In this document: piece by piece, positions 34,987 through 43,883 of the stretch
How the letters are laid out: every line of letters begins with the position of its first letter
Position numbering within the stretch: the first letter of the stretch is position 1
From: Paracoccaceae bacterium
GTDB taxonomy: Bacteria > Pseudomonadota > Alphaproteobacteria > Rhodobacterales > Rhodobacteraceae
Direction of reading: 5' to 3'
Assembly: GCA_041628615.1 (NCBI GenBank)
Contig: JBFKOW010000001.1
Location: 21,963-85,962 of the forward strand
Length of the DNA: 64,000 nucleotides
The notes under the pieces: generated by a model
The model's database searches: none
What the model was told of the DNA's origin: nothing
What the model saw: only the letters and a program-made list of their open reading frames with translations
Translations under genes and position numbers: made by a program

Positions 34987-35868
34987 TCAGCGGTCCGACC
35001 ACGCGCGCGCCGCCGCCTTCAGGTACTTCAGGAACGCCTGCACCTTCGGCGTCCGGTGCAGGTCGACATGGGTGACGATCCACATCGGCGCGGTCCATTC
35101 GTCGCGCGGCGGCATCACCTCGACCAGCCCGTCGCGGCGCGCGGCCTCCCAGGACGGCATGAAGCCGATCCCGGCCCCGGCGGCGATGGCGTCGAGCATC
35201 GACCGGTTGTCCATCGTCCGGAAGGTGATCCGCGCCTCGGGCACCCGTTCGCGCAGCCAGCGCATGAACGGCGCCCGGCTGTCGGCATTGTCGTGGCCGA
35301 CGAAGCGGTGGGCGGGCAGGTCGTCCTCGGTCTCGGGCAGGCCGTGCGCGTCGACATAGGACTGCGCCGCGACCAGCCGCATGTCGTAGATGTGGAACCG
35401 CTGGACCACGTTGTCGGGCTCTTCCGGCGCGCTGCCCGCGCGGATCGCGACATGGGCCTCGCCGTATTCCAGCCGGAAAACCCGGTCGCCGGTCAGGTAG
35501 CGCACGGTGAGCCCGTCGTTCTCGGCCTGGAAGGCGGCGAGCACCGGGGTCAGGATCGGCGACAGCCCGGTCAGCGAGGTGACCACGAGGTCGCCGGACA
35601 CCCCCTCGCCCTGCCCCCGGATCCGGCCGGCGAGCTGGGCGAACTGGTCGTCGGTGGCGGCGGCCACCTGCAGCAGGTCCTGCCCCGCCTCGGTCGCCGT
35701 GTAGCCCCGTGCGTGGCGCTGGAACAGCTTCACCCCGAGCCGTTGTTCGAGGGCGTCGACATGGCGGATCACGGTGGCGTGGTGGACGCCGAGCACGTCG
35801 GCGGCGCCGCTCACGGTGCCGACGCGGGCGACCTGGTAGGCGGTGCGGATCTCGTCCCAGTTCTCCAT
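34987..35868 (-). CDS. LysR-family transcriptional regulator
   Basis: Start MENWDEIRTAYQVARVGTVSGAADVLGVHHATVIRHVDALEQRLGVKLFQR, which is a canonical LTTR HTH. Confidence 0.9.
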   Translation of the reverse strand: MENWDEIRTAYQVARVGTVSGAADVLGVHHATVIRHVDALEQRLGVKLFQRHARGYTATEAGQDLLQVAAATDDQFAQLAGRIRGQGEGVSGDLVVTSLTGLSPILTPVLAAFQAENDGLTVRYLTGDRVFRLEYGEAHVAIRAGSAPEEPDNVVQRFHIYDMRLVAAQSYVDAHGLPETEDDLPAHRFVGHDNADSRAPFMRWLRERVPEARITFRTMDNRSMLDAIAAGAGIGFMPSWEAARRDGLVEVMPPRDEWTAPMWIVTHVDLHRTPKVQAFLKYLKAAARAWSDR

Positions 35869-36100
35869 CGAAACGGTGCACTCCTGAACATCAACACCCG
35901 AATCATAGCCATAATGTGCCCGAGCGCAAGGTTGGCGCAACGCCTCTCCGGGGCCATCCGCTTGCCCCCCGAACGCGCCGGGCCCCGGCGGCGAAGCTGT
36001 TCCCTTGCGCACAGCGGGTGTCTGTTTTCTGCGCTTTCAGGCCGTTGCGCACAGACCTACCTGCCCGCCAAGGCCAACCCAACGCATACCGGAGTTCCCA

Positions 36101-36649
36101 ATGACCCTTCTTCGCATCGACGCCTCGGTCCGCACCGACGGCTCCCTGTCCCGCGCCCGCGCCGACCTCGCGGAAGCCGCGCTGTCGCCGGCGTCCGTCA
36201 CCCGCCGCGATCTCGCCGCCGAGGCGCTGCCGCAGATCGACGCGGTCTGGGCCGAGGCGCGACTGCGCGTGCCGGCGGACCTCGGCGACGACGAGCGCGC
36301 CGCCCTCGCGCTGTCGGACGAACTGATCGCGGAACTGCGCGCCGCCGACACCATCCTGATCTCCACCCCGGTCTACAACTTCGGGGTTCCGGCCAGCCTG
36401 AAGGCCTGGATGGACCTGGTGGCGCGGCCGAAGGTGACCTTCGCCTATACCGAGGGCGGCCCGGTCGGCTTGCTCGAAGGCAAGCGCGCGATCATCTCGA
36501 TCGCCTCGGGCGGGACCGAGATCGACGGCACGATGGATTACGCCACGCCGCACCTGCGGCACTTCCTCGGGTTCCTCGGGATCACCGACGTGACGGTTCT
36601 CGCCGCCGACGCGGACGTCGCCGCGCTGGCCGCCCCGGCGGCGGCCTGA
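36101..36649 (+). CDS. azoR: FMN-dependent NADH-azoreductase
   Basis: MTLLRIDASVR...ADTILISTPVYNFGVPASLKAWMDLV...FLGFLGITDV. It is divergent from the LysR gene. Confidence 0.8.
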   Translation: MTLLRIDASVRTDGSLSRARADLAEAALSPASVTRRDLAAEALPQIDAVWAEARLRVPADLGDDERAALALSDELIAELRAADTILISTPVYNFGVPASLKAWMDLVARPKVTFAYTEGGPVGLLEGKRAIISIASGGTEIDGTMDYATPHLRHFLGFLGITDVTVLAADADVAALAAPAAA

Positions 36650-36787
36650 CGCGACCCGCAGGGGGCCGGATCGCGGCGCGGCGCGCCGCCCGGCCCCATT
36701 CGCCGACCCGCGGGCGCCGGCGACGGGCGGCCGGGTCCGGCCGGGCGATCCGGGGCCGGACCTGGCGGATCGGGGCCGCCTCCCGCC

Positions 36788-36803
36788 TTAACCCTTCATT
36801 AAC
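36788..36803 (+). promoter_or_regulatory. CtrA-type binding box TTAA-N7-TTAAC
   Basis: TTAACCCTTCATTAAC matches the full alphaproteobacterial CtrA consensus exactly. It sits in a short A/T-rich patch about 75 nt upstream of the M15 peptidase ATG. TTAA is rare in this window. Confidence 0.55.
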
Positions 36804-36876
36804 ATTTGAACGAATCTCGCGGATACGCTATCCTGATGGTTGCATTTTTGTGAATGTTTTCAATCAGGAGAGTGTG

Positions 36877-37689
36877 ATGCAGGAACGTCATCTTCAGATG
36901 CTCATGGCGGCGACCGGGCACTATACCGGCGGGATCGACGGACAGATCGGCCCGAAGTCGCGGGCGGCGATGGCGGCCATCGAGGCCGAGAACCGCGCCA
37001 GCTATACCTTCGATCCGACCGGGTCGACGGACTCCCGGCGGCAGACGGCGGTGGCGCAGGCCTGCCTCGCCAAGCTGGGCCACGATCCGGGCGATATCGA
37101 CGGGTGGTGGGGCAACAACACCGAAGAGGCGCTCAACGCCTTCCTGTTCAAGACCACGCACGGCAAGGACGAGGAGATCGACCGCACGCCGCTGCCCAAC
37201 CCGGTCGGCGGTGGCGCGATCCCGCACCAGAACGATGTCGGCACCGTCTACGGCCAGCCCGGCGACCAGATCAAGGCGCGGCTGGTGACCATCGACCTCG
37301 CCTTCCCGCTGCGGCTCGACTGGAACCTGCGGGCCAAGGTCTCGCGGGTGACGCTGCACCGCGACTGCGCGCCGAAGTTCCGCGACGCGCTGGTGGCGGT
37401 GCGGGACCATTACGGCCTGGACCGGATGAGCGAACTGGGCATCGACCGCTACGCCGGCGGCTACAACCACCGCAAGATGCGCGGCGGGTCGAAATGGTCG
37501 ATGCACGCCTATGGCTGCGCGGTGGATTTCTTCGCCGGGCCGAACGGGCTGCGGACCCGCTGTCCCGAGGCGCTGTTCTGCGGCGCCCAGTACAAGCCGT
37601 TCCTCGACATCATGGAGGCGCACGAATGGCTCCCGGCGATCCGGCTCTGGGGCGCCGACGCGATGCATTTCCAGCGCGCGCGGCTCTGA
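36877..37689 (+). CDS. Peptidoglycan-binding-domain protein with an M15 (LAS-type) metallopeptidase C-terminal domain
   Basis: This is the distal 270 aa of ORF 34798..37689, with AGGAG upstream. There are two PG_binding_1-like repeats (GHYTGGIDGQIGPKSRAAM and GHDPGDIDGWWGNNTEEAL). The C-terminus has SMHAYGCAVDFF ... DAMHFQ, an SxHxxGxAxD ... H pattern. Confidence 0.7.
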   Translation: MQERHLQMLMAATGHYTGGIDGQIGPKSRAAMAAIEAENRASYTFDPTGSTDSRRQTAVAQACLAKLGHDPGDIDGWWGNNTEEALNAFLFKTTHGKDEEIDRTPLPNPVGGGAIPHQNDVGTVYGQPGDQIKARLVTIDLAFPLRLDWNLRAKVSRVTLHRDCAPKFRDALVAVRDHYGLDRMSELGIDRYAGGYNHRKMRGGSKWSMHAYGCAVDFFAGPNGLRTRCPEALFCGAQYKPFLDIMEAHEWLPAIRLWGADAMHFQRARL

Positions 37690-37917
37690 AGCCGCGACGC
37701 CGGTCCCGCACGGCCGCCGGGACGGTCCGCACCTGTTGACTCGGACCGCCCCGGCGGGTAACGCCCCGGCCATGCGGAAGTGATCAGGCTTCCGGTCCCC
37801 CGTTCGACGGGGATCGCCCCCCACCAGCGCGTTGCGCCCGTGGGGGCGTTTGGCGTTTAGCGGCCCCGTGCCCATCTACGGGGTCAGACAGCAACCGGCG
37901 GAAAGGAGCCGCGGCGC

Positions 37918-39420
37918 ATGTTCGAAAGTCTCTCCGAACGCCTGTCCGGCGTCTTCGACCGGCTGACCAAGCAGGGCGCGCTGAGCGCCGAGGACGTCAA
38001 GACCGCGCTGCGCGAGGTCCGGGTCGCCCTGCTCGAGGCCGACGTGTCGCTGCCGGTGGCGCGGTCCTTCATCAAGGCGGTCGAGGCCAAGGCCACCGGT
38101 CAGGCCGTGACCAAGTCGGTCACCCCCGGCCAGCAGGTCATCAAGATCGTCCACGACGAACTGGTCCACGTGCTGACCGGCGACGCGGATCCCGGCGCGC
38201 TCAAGATCGACAACCCGCCGGCGCCGATCCTGATGGTCGGCCTGCAGGGCGGCGGCAAGACCACCACCACCGCCAAGATCGCCAGGCGGCTCAAGGAGCG
38301 CGAGGGCAAGAAGGTGCTGATGGCCTCGCTCGACGTGAACCGGCCGGCGGCGATGGAGCAGCTCGCCATCCTCGGCCAGCAGATCGGCGTCGACACCCTG
38401 CCGATCGTGAAGGGCGAGGACCCGGTCACCATCGCAAGACGGGCCAGGACCCAGGCCGCGATGGGCGGCTACGACGTCTACATGCTCGATACCGCGGGCC
38501 GCCTGCACATCGACGAGGAACTGATCGCCCAGGCCGCCGCGGTCCGCGACGTCGCCAACCCGCGCGAGACCCTGCTGGTGGTCGACGGCCTGACCGGCCA
38601 GGACGCGGTCAACGTCGCCACCGAGTTCGACGACAAGATCGGCGTCACCGGCGTCGTGCTGACCCGGATGGACGGCGACGGCCGCGGCGGCGCCGCGCTG
38701 TCGATGCGGCAGGTCACCGGCAAGCCGATCCGCTTCGTCGGCCTCGGCGAGAAGCTGGACGCGCTGGAGGAGTTCCACGCCGAGCGCATCGCCGGCCGCA
38801 TCCTCGGCATGGGCGACATCGTCAGCCTGGTGGAGAAGGCCCAGGCCACGCTCGAGCAGGAGCAGGCCGAGCGGATGATGAAGCGCTTCCAGAAGGGTCA
38901 GTTCAACATGAACGACCTGAAGATGCAGCTCGAGCAGATGCTCAAGATGGGCGGCATGGAAGGCATGATGGGCATGATGCCCGGCATGGGGAAGATGCAG
39001 AAGCAGATGGCCGAGTCCGGCTTCGACGACGGCATCCTGCGCCGGCAGATCGCCCTCATCAACTCGATGACCAAGACCGAGCGCGCGGCGCCGCAGATCC
39101 TGCAGGCCAGCCGCAAGAAGCGGATCGCGGCGGGTGCGGGGCTGGAGGTGCAGGAACTCAACCGGCTGATCAAGCAGCACCGGCAGATGTCGGACATGAT
39201 GAAGAAGCTGGGCAAGATGGGAAAGGGCGGCGCGCTCAAGCAGATGATGCGCGGGATGTTCGGCAAGGGCGGCCCGTCGCCCGAGGAGATCGCCCAGGCG
39301 CAGGCCCAGATGGGCGGCGGCGCGATGCCGCGCGGCAACCCGTTCGGCGGCAACCTGCCTGGCCTCGGCGGCGGCGGCGCGCTGCCGCCGGGCCTGTCCG
39401 GCTTCGGCAAGAAGAAGTGA
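37918..39420 (+). CDS. ffh: Signal recognition particle protein Ffh
   Basis: MFESLSERLSGVFDRL, GLQGGGKTTTTAK, DTAGR, and a Met-rich M domain. Confidence 0.97.
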   Translation: MFESLSERLSGVFDRLTKQGALSAEDVKTALREVRVALLEADVSLPVARSFIKAVEAKATGQAVTKSVTPGQQVIKIVHDELVHVLTGDADPGALKIDNPPAPILMVGLQGGGKTTTTAKIARRLKEREGKKVLMASLDVNRPAAMEQLAILGQQIGVDTLPIVKGEDPVTIARRARTQAAMGGYDVYMLDTAGRLHIDEELIAQAAAVRDVANPRETLLVVDGLTGQDAVNVATEFDDKIGVTGVVLTRMDGDGRGGAALSMRQVTGKPIRFVGLGEKLDALEEFHAERIAGRILGMGDIVSLVEKAQATLEQEQAERMMKRFQKGQFNMNDLKMQLEQMLKMGGMEGMMGMMPGMGKMQKQMAESGFDDGILRRQIALINSMTKTERAAPQILQASRKKRIAAGAGLEVQELNRLIKQHRQMSDMMKKLGKMGKGGALKQMMRGMFGKGGPSPEEIAQAQAQMGGGAMPRGNPFGGNLPGLGGGGALPPGLSGFGKKK

Positions 39421-39427
39421 TGCGGCG

Positions 39428-39856
39428 ATGATCCCGATGGACTGGATATACGGCCTGATCGGCGGCCTGATGATCGGCGGCGCGGCGGCGCTCTACCTGC
39501 TGGTGAACGGCCGGATCATGGGGGCGAGCGGCATCCTCGGCGGGCTGGTGGACGGCACCGGCCGGGCCACCCTGGCCGAGCGCGGCCTGTTCGTCGCCGG
39601 GCTGGTCGGCGTGCCGGCGCTGGTCGCGCTGGCCGGCGCCGCGCCCGACACCCGGATCACCGGCAACCTCGGCCTGATCGTGCTCGGCGGGCTCGCCGTC
39701 GGCTTCGGCACCCGGATGGCCAACGGCTGCACCTCGGGGCACGGGGTCTGCGGCATCTCGCGGTTCTCGGTCCGCGGCATCGTGGCGACGCTGGCCTATA
39801 TCGGCTTCGGCGCGGTCACCCTGCTGGTGGTCCGGCACTGGATGGGGGCGGTCTGA
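39428..39856 (+). CDS. YeeE/YedE-family half-transporter (sulfur-compound transport family)
   Basis: 142 aa with four TM helices and the ANGCTSGHGVCG motif characteristic of YeeE/YedE. Confidence 0.75.
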   Translation: MIPMDWIYGLIGGLMIGGAAALYLLVNGRIMGASGILGGLVDGTGRATLAERGLFVAGLVGVPALVALAGAAPDTRITGNLGLIVLGGLAVGFGTRMANGCTSGHGVCGISRFSVRGIVATLAYIGFGAVTLLVVRHWMGAV

Positions 39857-40287
39857 TGCGCGGGCTGATGGCGTTCCTTGCCGGCGGGCTGTTCGGCGCC
39901 GGTCTGCTGGTCTCGGGGATGACCGACACCGAGAAGGTGCAGGGCTGGCTCGACTTCTTCGGCGCCTGGGACCCGACGCTGGCCTTCGTGATGGGCGGGG
40001 CGATCCTGCCGATGCTGGCGGCCTGGCGGGTCGCCGCCCGGCGGCAGCGGGCGGTTCTCGGCACCCCGATCCCGGTCCCCGCCGACCCGGTGATCGACCG
40101 CCGGCTGATCGCGGGCTCGGCGCTGTTCGGCTTCGGCTGGGGTCTGGTCGGGCTGTGCCCCGGCCCGGCGCTCGCCTCGCTGTCCTACGGCGGGGTCGAG
40201 GGGCTGGTATTCCTCGCGGCGATGGTGGCCGGGATGATCGGCTGGCGGGGCGTGGACCATTTCCGCGCGGTGCCGGAGGCGATGTGA
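39856..40287 (+). CDS. YeeE/YedE-related half-transporter (second half)
   Basis: 143 aa. FGFGWGLVGLCPGPA. Its start overlaps the preceding stop (TGATG). Confidence 0.7.
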   Translation: MRGLMAFLAGGLFGAGLLVSGMTDTEKVQGWLDFFGAWDPTLAFVMGGAILPMLAAWRVAARRQRAVLGTPIPVPADPVIDRRLIAGSALFGFGWGLVGLCPGPALASLSYGGVEGLVFLAAMVAGMIGWRGVDHFRAVPEAM

Positions 40288-40871
40288 CCGGGCTCGACCT
40301 GCATATCCCGGTCCTGACGACCGAGCGGCTGGTGCTGCGGGCGCCGCGGACGGAGGATTTCGCCGCATTCCGCGCCTTCCTCGCGTCGCCGCGCGCGGCC
40401 TCGGTGGGCGGCCCGGTGACCGAGACCCGCGCGGTCAGCCGGTCCTTCGGCAACATCGCCGGGCTCTGGGTGCTGCGCGGCGTCAGCCTGTTCGTGGCCG
40501 AGGAGAAGGCCCGGCCCGGCACCCCGGTCGGCGCCTTCGGCCCCTACGAGCCGATGACCTGGCCCGAGATGGAGTTCGGCTGGTCGGTCTGGGACGCCGC
40601 CGCCGAGGGCAAGGGATACGTCACCGAGGCGATGCGCACCCTGATCCCCTGGACCTGGGCGCGCACCGGCAAGGCGACGGCGGTGTCCTTCATCGACGCG
40701 GACAACGCCCGGTCGATCCGGGTGGCCGAGGCGCTGGGCGCGGTGCGCGACCGCGCCGCCGAGGCGGAAGTGAACGCGGCGGACGGTCCGTTCCACGACC
40801 CCGGCACCCCCGACGCCGCGCCGGTCACGGTCTGGCGGCACCGCCGCGACCGCTGGGAGGCCGCGGCATGA
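40284..40871 (+). CDS. GNAT N-acetyltransferase, RimJ/RimL-like (paralog 1 of 4)
   Basis: GTG start overlapping the upstream stop (ATGTGA). IPVLTTERLVLRAP, PEMEFGWSVW, AAEGKGYVTEA, and SFIDADNARSIRVAEALG. Confidence 0.72.
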   Translation: MTGLDLHIPVLTTERLVLRAPRTEDFAAFRAFLASPRAASVGGPVTETRAVSRSFGNIAGLWVLRGVSLFVAEEKARPGTPVGAFGPYEPMTWPEMEFGWSVWDAAAEGKGYVTEAMRTLIPWTWARTGKATAVSFIDADNARSIRVAEALGAVRDRAAEAEVNAADGPFHDPGTPDAAPVTVWRHRRDRWEAAA

Positions 40872-41464
40872 CCCGGTTCGCCTGCGAGACCGATCCGCGC
40901 CATCCCGGCCCCGCCGCGCAGGCCGCCCGCGTCGCCGCCTGCGTGCCGGCGATCGAGACCGCGCGGCTGCGGCTGCGCGCCCCCCGCGCGTCGGACTTCG
41001 ACACCTGGGCCGGGATCGCCTGCGGCCCGCGCGGCGTCCACATGGGCGGCCCGATGAGCCGCGACGCGGCGTGGTACGATTTCATCCAGATCGCCGCCTC
41101 CTGGATGCTGCACGGTCACGGCGGCTGGACGATAACCTGGAAGGACGCCGACGCCGCGCTGGGCTTCGTCCTGATCGGGCTGGAGCCGGGCGACCGGGAA
41201 CCGGAGATCGGCTGGCTGCTGTCCGAGGCCGCCGAGGGCCGGGGCATCGCCGCCGAGGCCGCCGCGGCGGTCCGCGCCCATGCCGACGACCTCGGGCTGC
41301 CGACGCTGGTGTCCTGCATCGACAACGCCAACCGCCGCTCCGCCGCCCTCGCCCGGCGGCTGGGCGGCCGTCCCGATCTGGCGGCGACCCACGCGCTCGA
41401 CGCGGGCGCCGTTTTCACCATCTGGCGCCACCTGCCCACCGCCGAGGAGGCCCGCGCGCGATGA
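40868..41464 (+). CDS. GNAT N-acetyltransferase, RimJ/RimL-like (paralog 2 of 4)
   Basis: ATGA overlap with paralog 1. IETARLRLRAP, EPEIGWLL, AEGRGIAAEA, and SCIDNANRRSAALARRLG. Confidence 0.75.
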   Translation: MTRFACETDPRHPGPAAQAARVAACVPAIETARLRLRAPRASDFDTWAGIACGPRGVHMGGPMSRDAAWYDFIQIAASWMLHGHGGWTITWKDADAALGFVLIGLEPGDREPEIGWLLSEAAEGRGIAAEAAAAVRAHADDLGLPTLVSCIDNANRRSAALARRLGGRPDLAATHALDAGAVFTIWRHLPTAEEARAR

Positions 41465-42060
41465 TCGACATTCCGGTGATCGAGACCAGGCGGCTGATCC
41501 TGCGCGGCCCGGAGGCCGGGGATTACCCCAACTTCAAGGCCACCTTCGCGTCCTACCGGTCGCGTTACATGGGCGGGCCGCTGAACCCCTACGAGACCTG
41601 GATGCTCTATGCCGCCGAGATCGGCCACTGGCAGATCCGCGGCTACGGCATGTGGATGATCCACGACCGGCACACCGACAAGACCTACGGCATGGCCGGG
41701 GCCTGGCAGCCGGCTATGTGGCCCGAGCGCGAGATCGCGTGGTTCATCTGGCCGGAAGCCGGCGGCCGGGGCATCGCGCTCGAGGCGGTGGACGCCGCCC
41801 GCCGCTGGCTCTACCGCGAGAAGGGCTGGGAAGGTGCGGTCAGCTACCTCGATCCCTTCGACCTCGACAGCGTCCGGCTGGCCGAGCGGCTGGGCGCGAA
41901 GAAGGACCGCGAGGCCACCACGATCGACGACAACGACGCGGTCTATCGCCACCCCTCCCCGGCGCAGCTGCGCAACTCGCAGCTGTCGGACGCCATCGCG
42001 CTGGAGATCGCCCACTACCAGGACCCGAAGTGGAAACCGGAGGGCTGGGCGCTTGACTGA
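41461..42060 (+). CDS. GNAT N-acetyltransferase, RimJ/RimL-like (paralog 3 of 4)
   Basis: ATGA overlap with paralog 2. IPVIETRRLILRGP, EREIAWFIW, GGRGIALEA, and SYLDPFDLDSVRLAERLG. Confidence 0.75.
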   Translation: MIDIPVIETRRLILRGPEAGDYPNFKATFASYRSRYMGGPLNPYETWMLYAAEIGHWQIRGYGMWMIHDRHTDKTYGMAGAWQPAMWPEREIAWFIWPEAGGRGIALEAVDAARRWLYREKGWEGAVSYLDPFDLDSVRLAERLGAKKDREATTIDDNDAVYRHPSPAQLRNSQLSDAIALEIAHYQDPKWKPEGWALD

Positions 42061-42565
42061 GATCCCCGTCCTGACCACCCGGCGGCTGGTGCTGCGCGGC
42101 CCCGAGATGGCCGATTTCGACGCCTACGCCGCGTTCTGGTCCAGCCCCGGCAACACCCGCCACATCGGCGGCCCGCAGGACCGTTCGGCGTCCTGGCGCC
42201 GGTTCGCCGCCGATGCCGGCCACTGGCAGCTGCGCGGCTTCGGCTGGTGGACGATCACCGAGGCCGGCGCGCCGGTGGGCAATGCCGGCGTGCATCACCC
42301 GCCCTACCAGGCCGATCCCGAGATCGGCTGGGTGCTCTATGCCGGGGCCCGCGGCCGCGGGCTGGCGACCGAGGCGGCGACGGCGATCCTCGGCTGGGTG
42401 GCGCAGGCGCTGCGCCCGGACCGGCTGGTGAGCTACATCGACACCGCCAACGCCGCGTCGATCCGGCTGGCCGAGCGGCTGGGCGCGCGCCGCGACCCCG
42501 GCCGCGCGGCCCACGACCCGGACTGCTACATCTACCTGCACGACCTTCGGAGGGTTGCCCCATGA
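42053..42565 (+). CDS. GNAT N-acetyltransferase, RimJ/RimL-like (paralog 4 of 4; TTG start inferred)
   Basis: No ATG or GTG is available before the conserved IPVLTTRRLVLRGP block. The TTG at 42053 overlaps paralog 3 by 8 nt. DPEIGWVLY, RGRGLATEA, and SYIDTANAASIRLAERLG. Confidence 0.65.
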   Translation: MTEIPVLTTRRLVLRGPEMADFDAYAAFWSSPGNTRHIGGPQDRSASWRRFAADAGHWQLRGFGWWTITEAGAPVGNAGVHHPPYQADPEIGWVLYAGARGRGLATEAATAILGWVAQALRPDRLVSYIDTANAASIRLAERLGARRDPGRAAHDPDCYIYLHDLRRVAP

Positions 42566-42870
42566 CCGAGACCGGCACCGACCCGGCCGCCCGCGCCGCC
42601 GCCCTCCTGAAGGAGCACCGCGAGTCGATCGACCGGCTCGACGCGATCCTCGTCTACACCCTTGGCGAACGCTTCAAGCGGACCCAGGCGGTGGGCCGGC
42701 TCAAGGCCGAACACGACCTTCCCCCGTCCGATCCGGCGCGCGAGGCGCTCCAGATCGCACGGCTCGAAGACCTGGCGCGGCAGGCGGATCTCGATCCCGG
42801 CTTCGCCAAGAAGTTCCTCCGCTTCGTGATCGACGAGGTGATCCGTCATCACGAGCGCGAGAAATCCTAA
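42562..42870 (+). CDS. AroQ-type chorismate mutase
   Basis: 102 aa with an ATGA overlap with GNAT-4. LKEHRESIDRLDAILVYTLGERF and the helical layout FLRFVIDEVIRHHE. Confidence 0.8.
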   Translation: MTETGTDPAARAAALLKEHRESIDRLDAILVYTLGERFKRTQAVGRLKAEHDLPPSDPAREALQIARLEDLARQADLDPGFAKKFLRFVIDEVIRHHEREKS

Positions 42871-42916
42871 CCGGCGGCCCCGGCCGCCTCTCATGGACAC
42901 ACAAGGAGACTGACAC

Positions 42917-43318
42917 ATGGCCATGAAAATCCGGCTCGCCCGCGGCGGGTCCAAGAAGCGCCCCTTCTACCGCATCGTCGCCGCTGATTCGCGGATGCCC
43001 CGCGACGGCCGCTTCATCGAGAAGCTGGGCACCTACAACCCGCTGCTGCCGAAGGACAGCGAGGACCGGGTGAAGATCGACCTCGACCGGGTGAAGCACT
43101 GGATGGATCGCGGCGCCCAGCCGACCGACCGGGTCGCCCGCTTCCTCGAGGCTGCCGGCGTGGTGGAAAAGACCACCCGGAACAACCCGAACAAGGCGAA
43201 GCCGGGCAAGGCGGCGCTGGAGCGGGCCAAGGAGAAGGAAGAGAAGGCGAAGGCCGCCGCCGAGGCTGCCGCCGCCCCGGCGGAGGAACCCGCCGCCGAA
43301 GAGACCGCCGAGAGCTGA
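42917..43318 (+). CDS. rpsP: 30S ribosomal protein S16
   Basis: [42 protein letters not shown], with an Ala/Glu/Lys-rich C-terminal extension. Confidence 0.97.
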   Translation: MAMKIRLARGGSKKRPFYRIVAADSRMPRDGRFIEKLGTYNPLLPKDSEDRVKIDLDRVKHWMDRGAQPTDRVARFLEAAGVVEKTTRNNPNKAKPGKAALERAKEKEEKAKAAAEAAAAPAEEPAAEETAES

Positions 43319-43325
43319 GCCGCCG

Positions 43326-43883
43326 ATGGCGGACCGGACCATCGTCGTCGGGCAGATCGCGGGCGCCTTCGGCGTCCGCGGCGAGGTGCGGCTGAAGAGC
43401 TTCTGCGCCGTGCCCGAGGACATCGTCCGCTACGCCCCGCTGACCGACCCGGCGGGGCGGGTCTTCGACCAGATCGTGCTGACCGGGGCCGCCAGGGGCG
43501 CCCTGGTCGTGCGCATCTCGGGCATCCGCACCAAGGAGGAGGCCGACGCCCTGAAGGGCACCGAGCTTTGCGCCGAGCGGTCCCGCCTGCCGTCGCTGCC
43601 CGACGACGAATTCTACCATGCCGACCTGATCGGTCTCGAGGTCGTGGATACCGGCGGCGCGCCGCTGGGCCGCGTCCGCGCGGTGCAGAACCACGGCGCC
43701 GGCGACCTGCTCGAGATCGCCGCGCCGGGGGCCACCACCACCGTCCTGTTGCCCTTCACCCGCGCCGCGGTGCCGACCGTGGACCTCGCCGCCGGCCGCA
43801 TCGTCGCCGACCCGCCGGGCGGGATCTTTCCCGACCCGGACGATGGCCCGGACGACGGGCCGGCCGACAGGGCGGATGCCTAG
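43326..43883 (+). CDS. rimM: Ribosome maturation factor RimM
   Basis: [20 protein letters not shown]... [14 protein letters not shown] ... LLPF. Confidence 0.93.
   Translation: MADRTIVVGQIAGAFGVRGEVRLKSFCAVPEDIVRYAPLTDPAGRVFDQIVLTGAARGALVVRISGIRTKEEADALKGTELCAERSRLPSLPDDEFYHADLIGLEVVDTGGAPLGRVRAVQNHGAGDLLEIAAPGATTTVLLPFTRAAVPTVDLAAGRIVADPPGGIFPDPDDGPDDGPADRADA

Noticed and set aside
37795-37860. tRNA/tmRNA-like 3' end. CCCCGTTCGACGGGGATCGCCCCCCACCA is followed 15 nt later by GGGGGCG, reminiscent of a permuted two-piece alphaproteobacterial tmRNA or a tRNA fragment marking an integration site.
   Set aside because: The T-arm would have a 5-nt loop instead of 7. The acceptor strands do not pair in a proper register and have no G-U alanine identity pair. 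There is no room for a tag reading frame or pseudoknots in the 228-bp gap, and no integrase or direct repeat is nearby.
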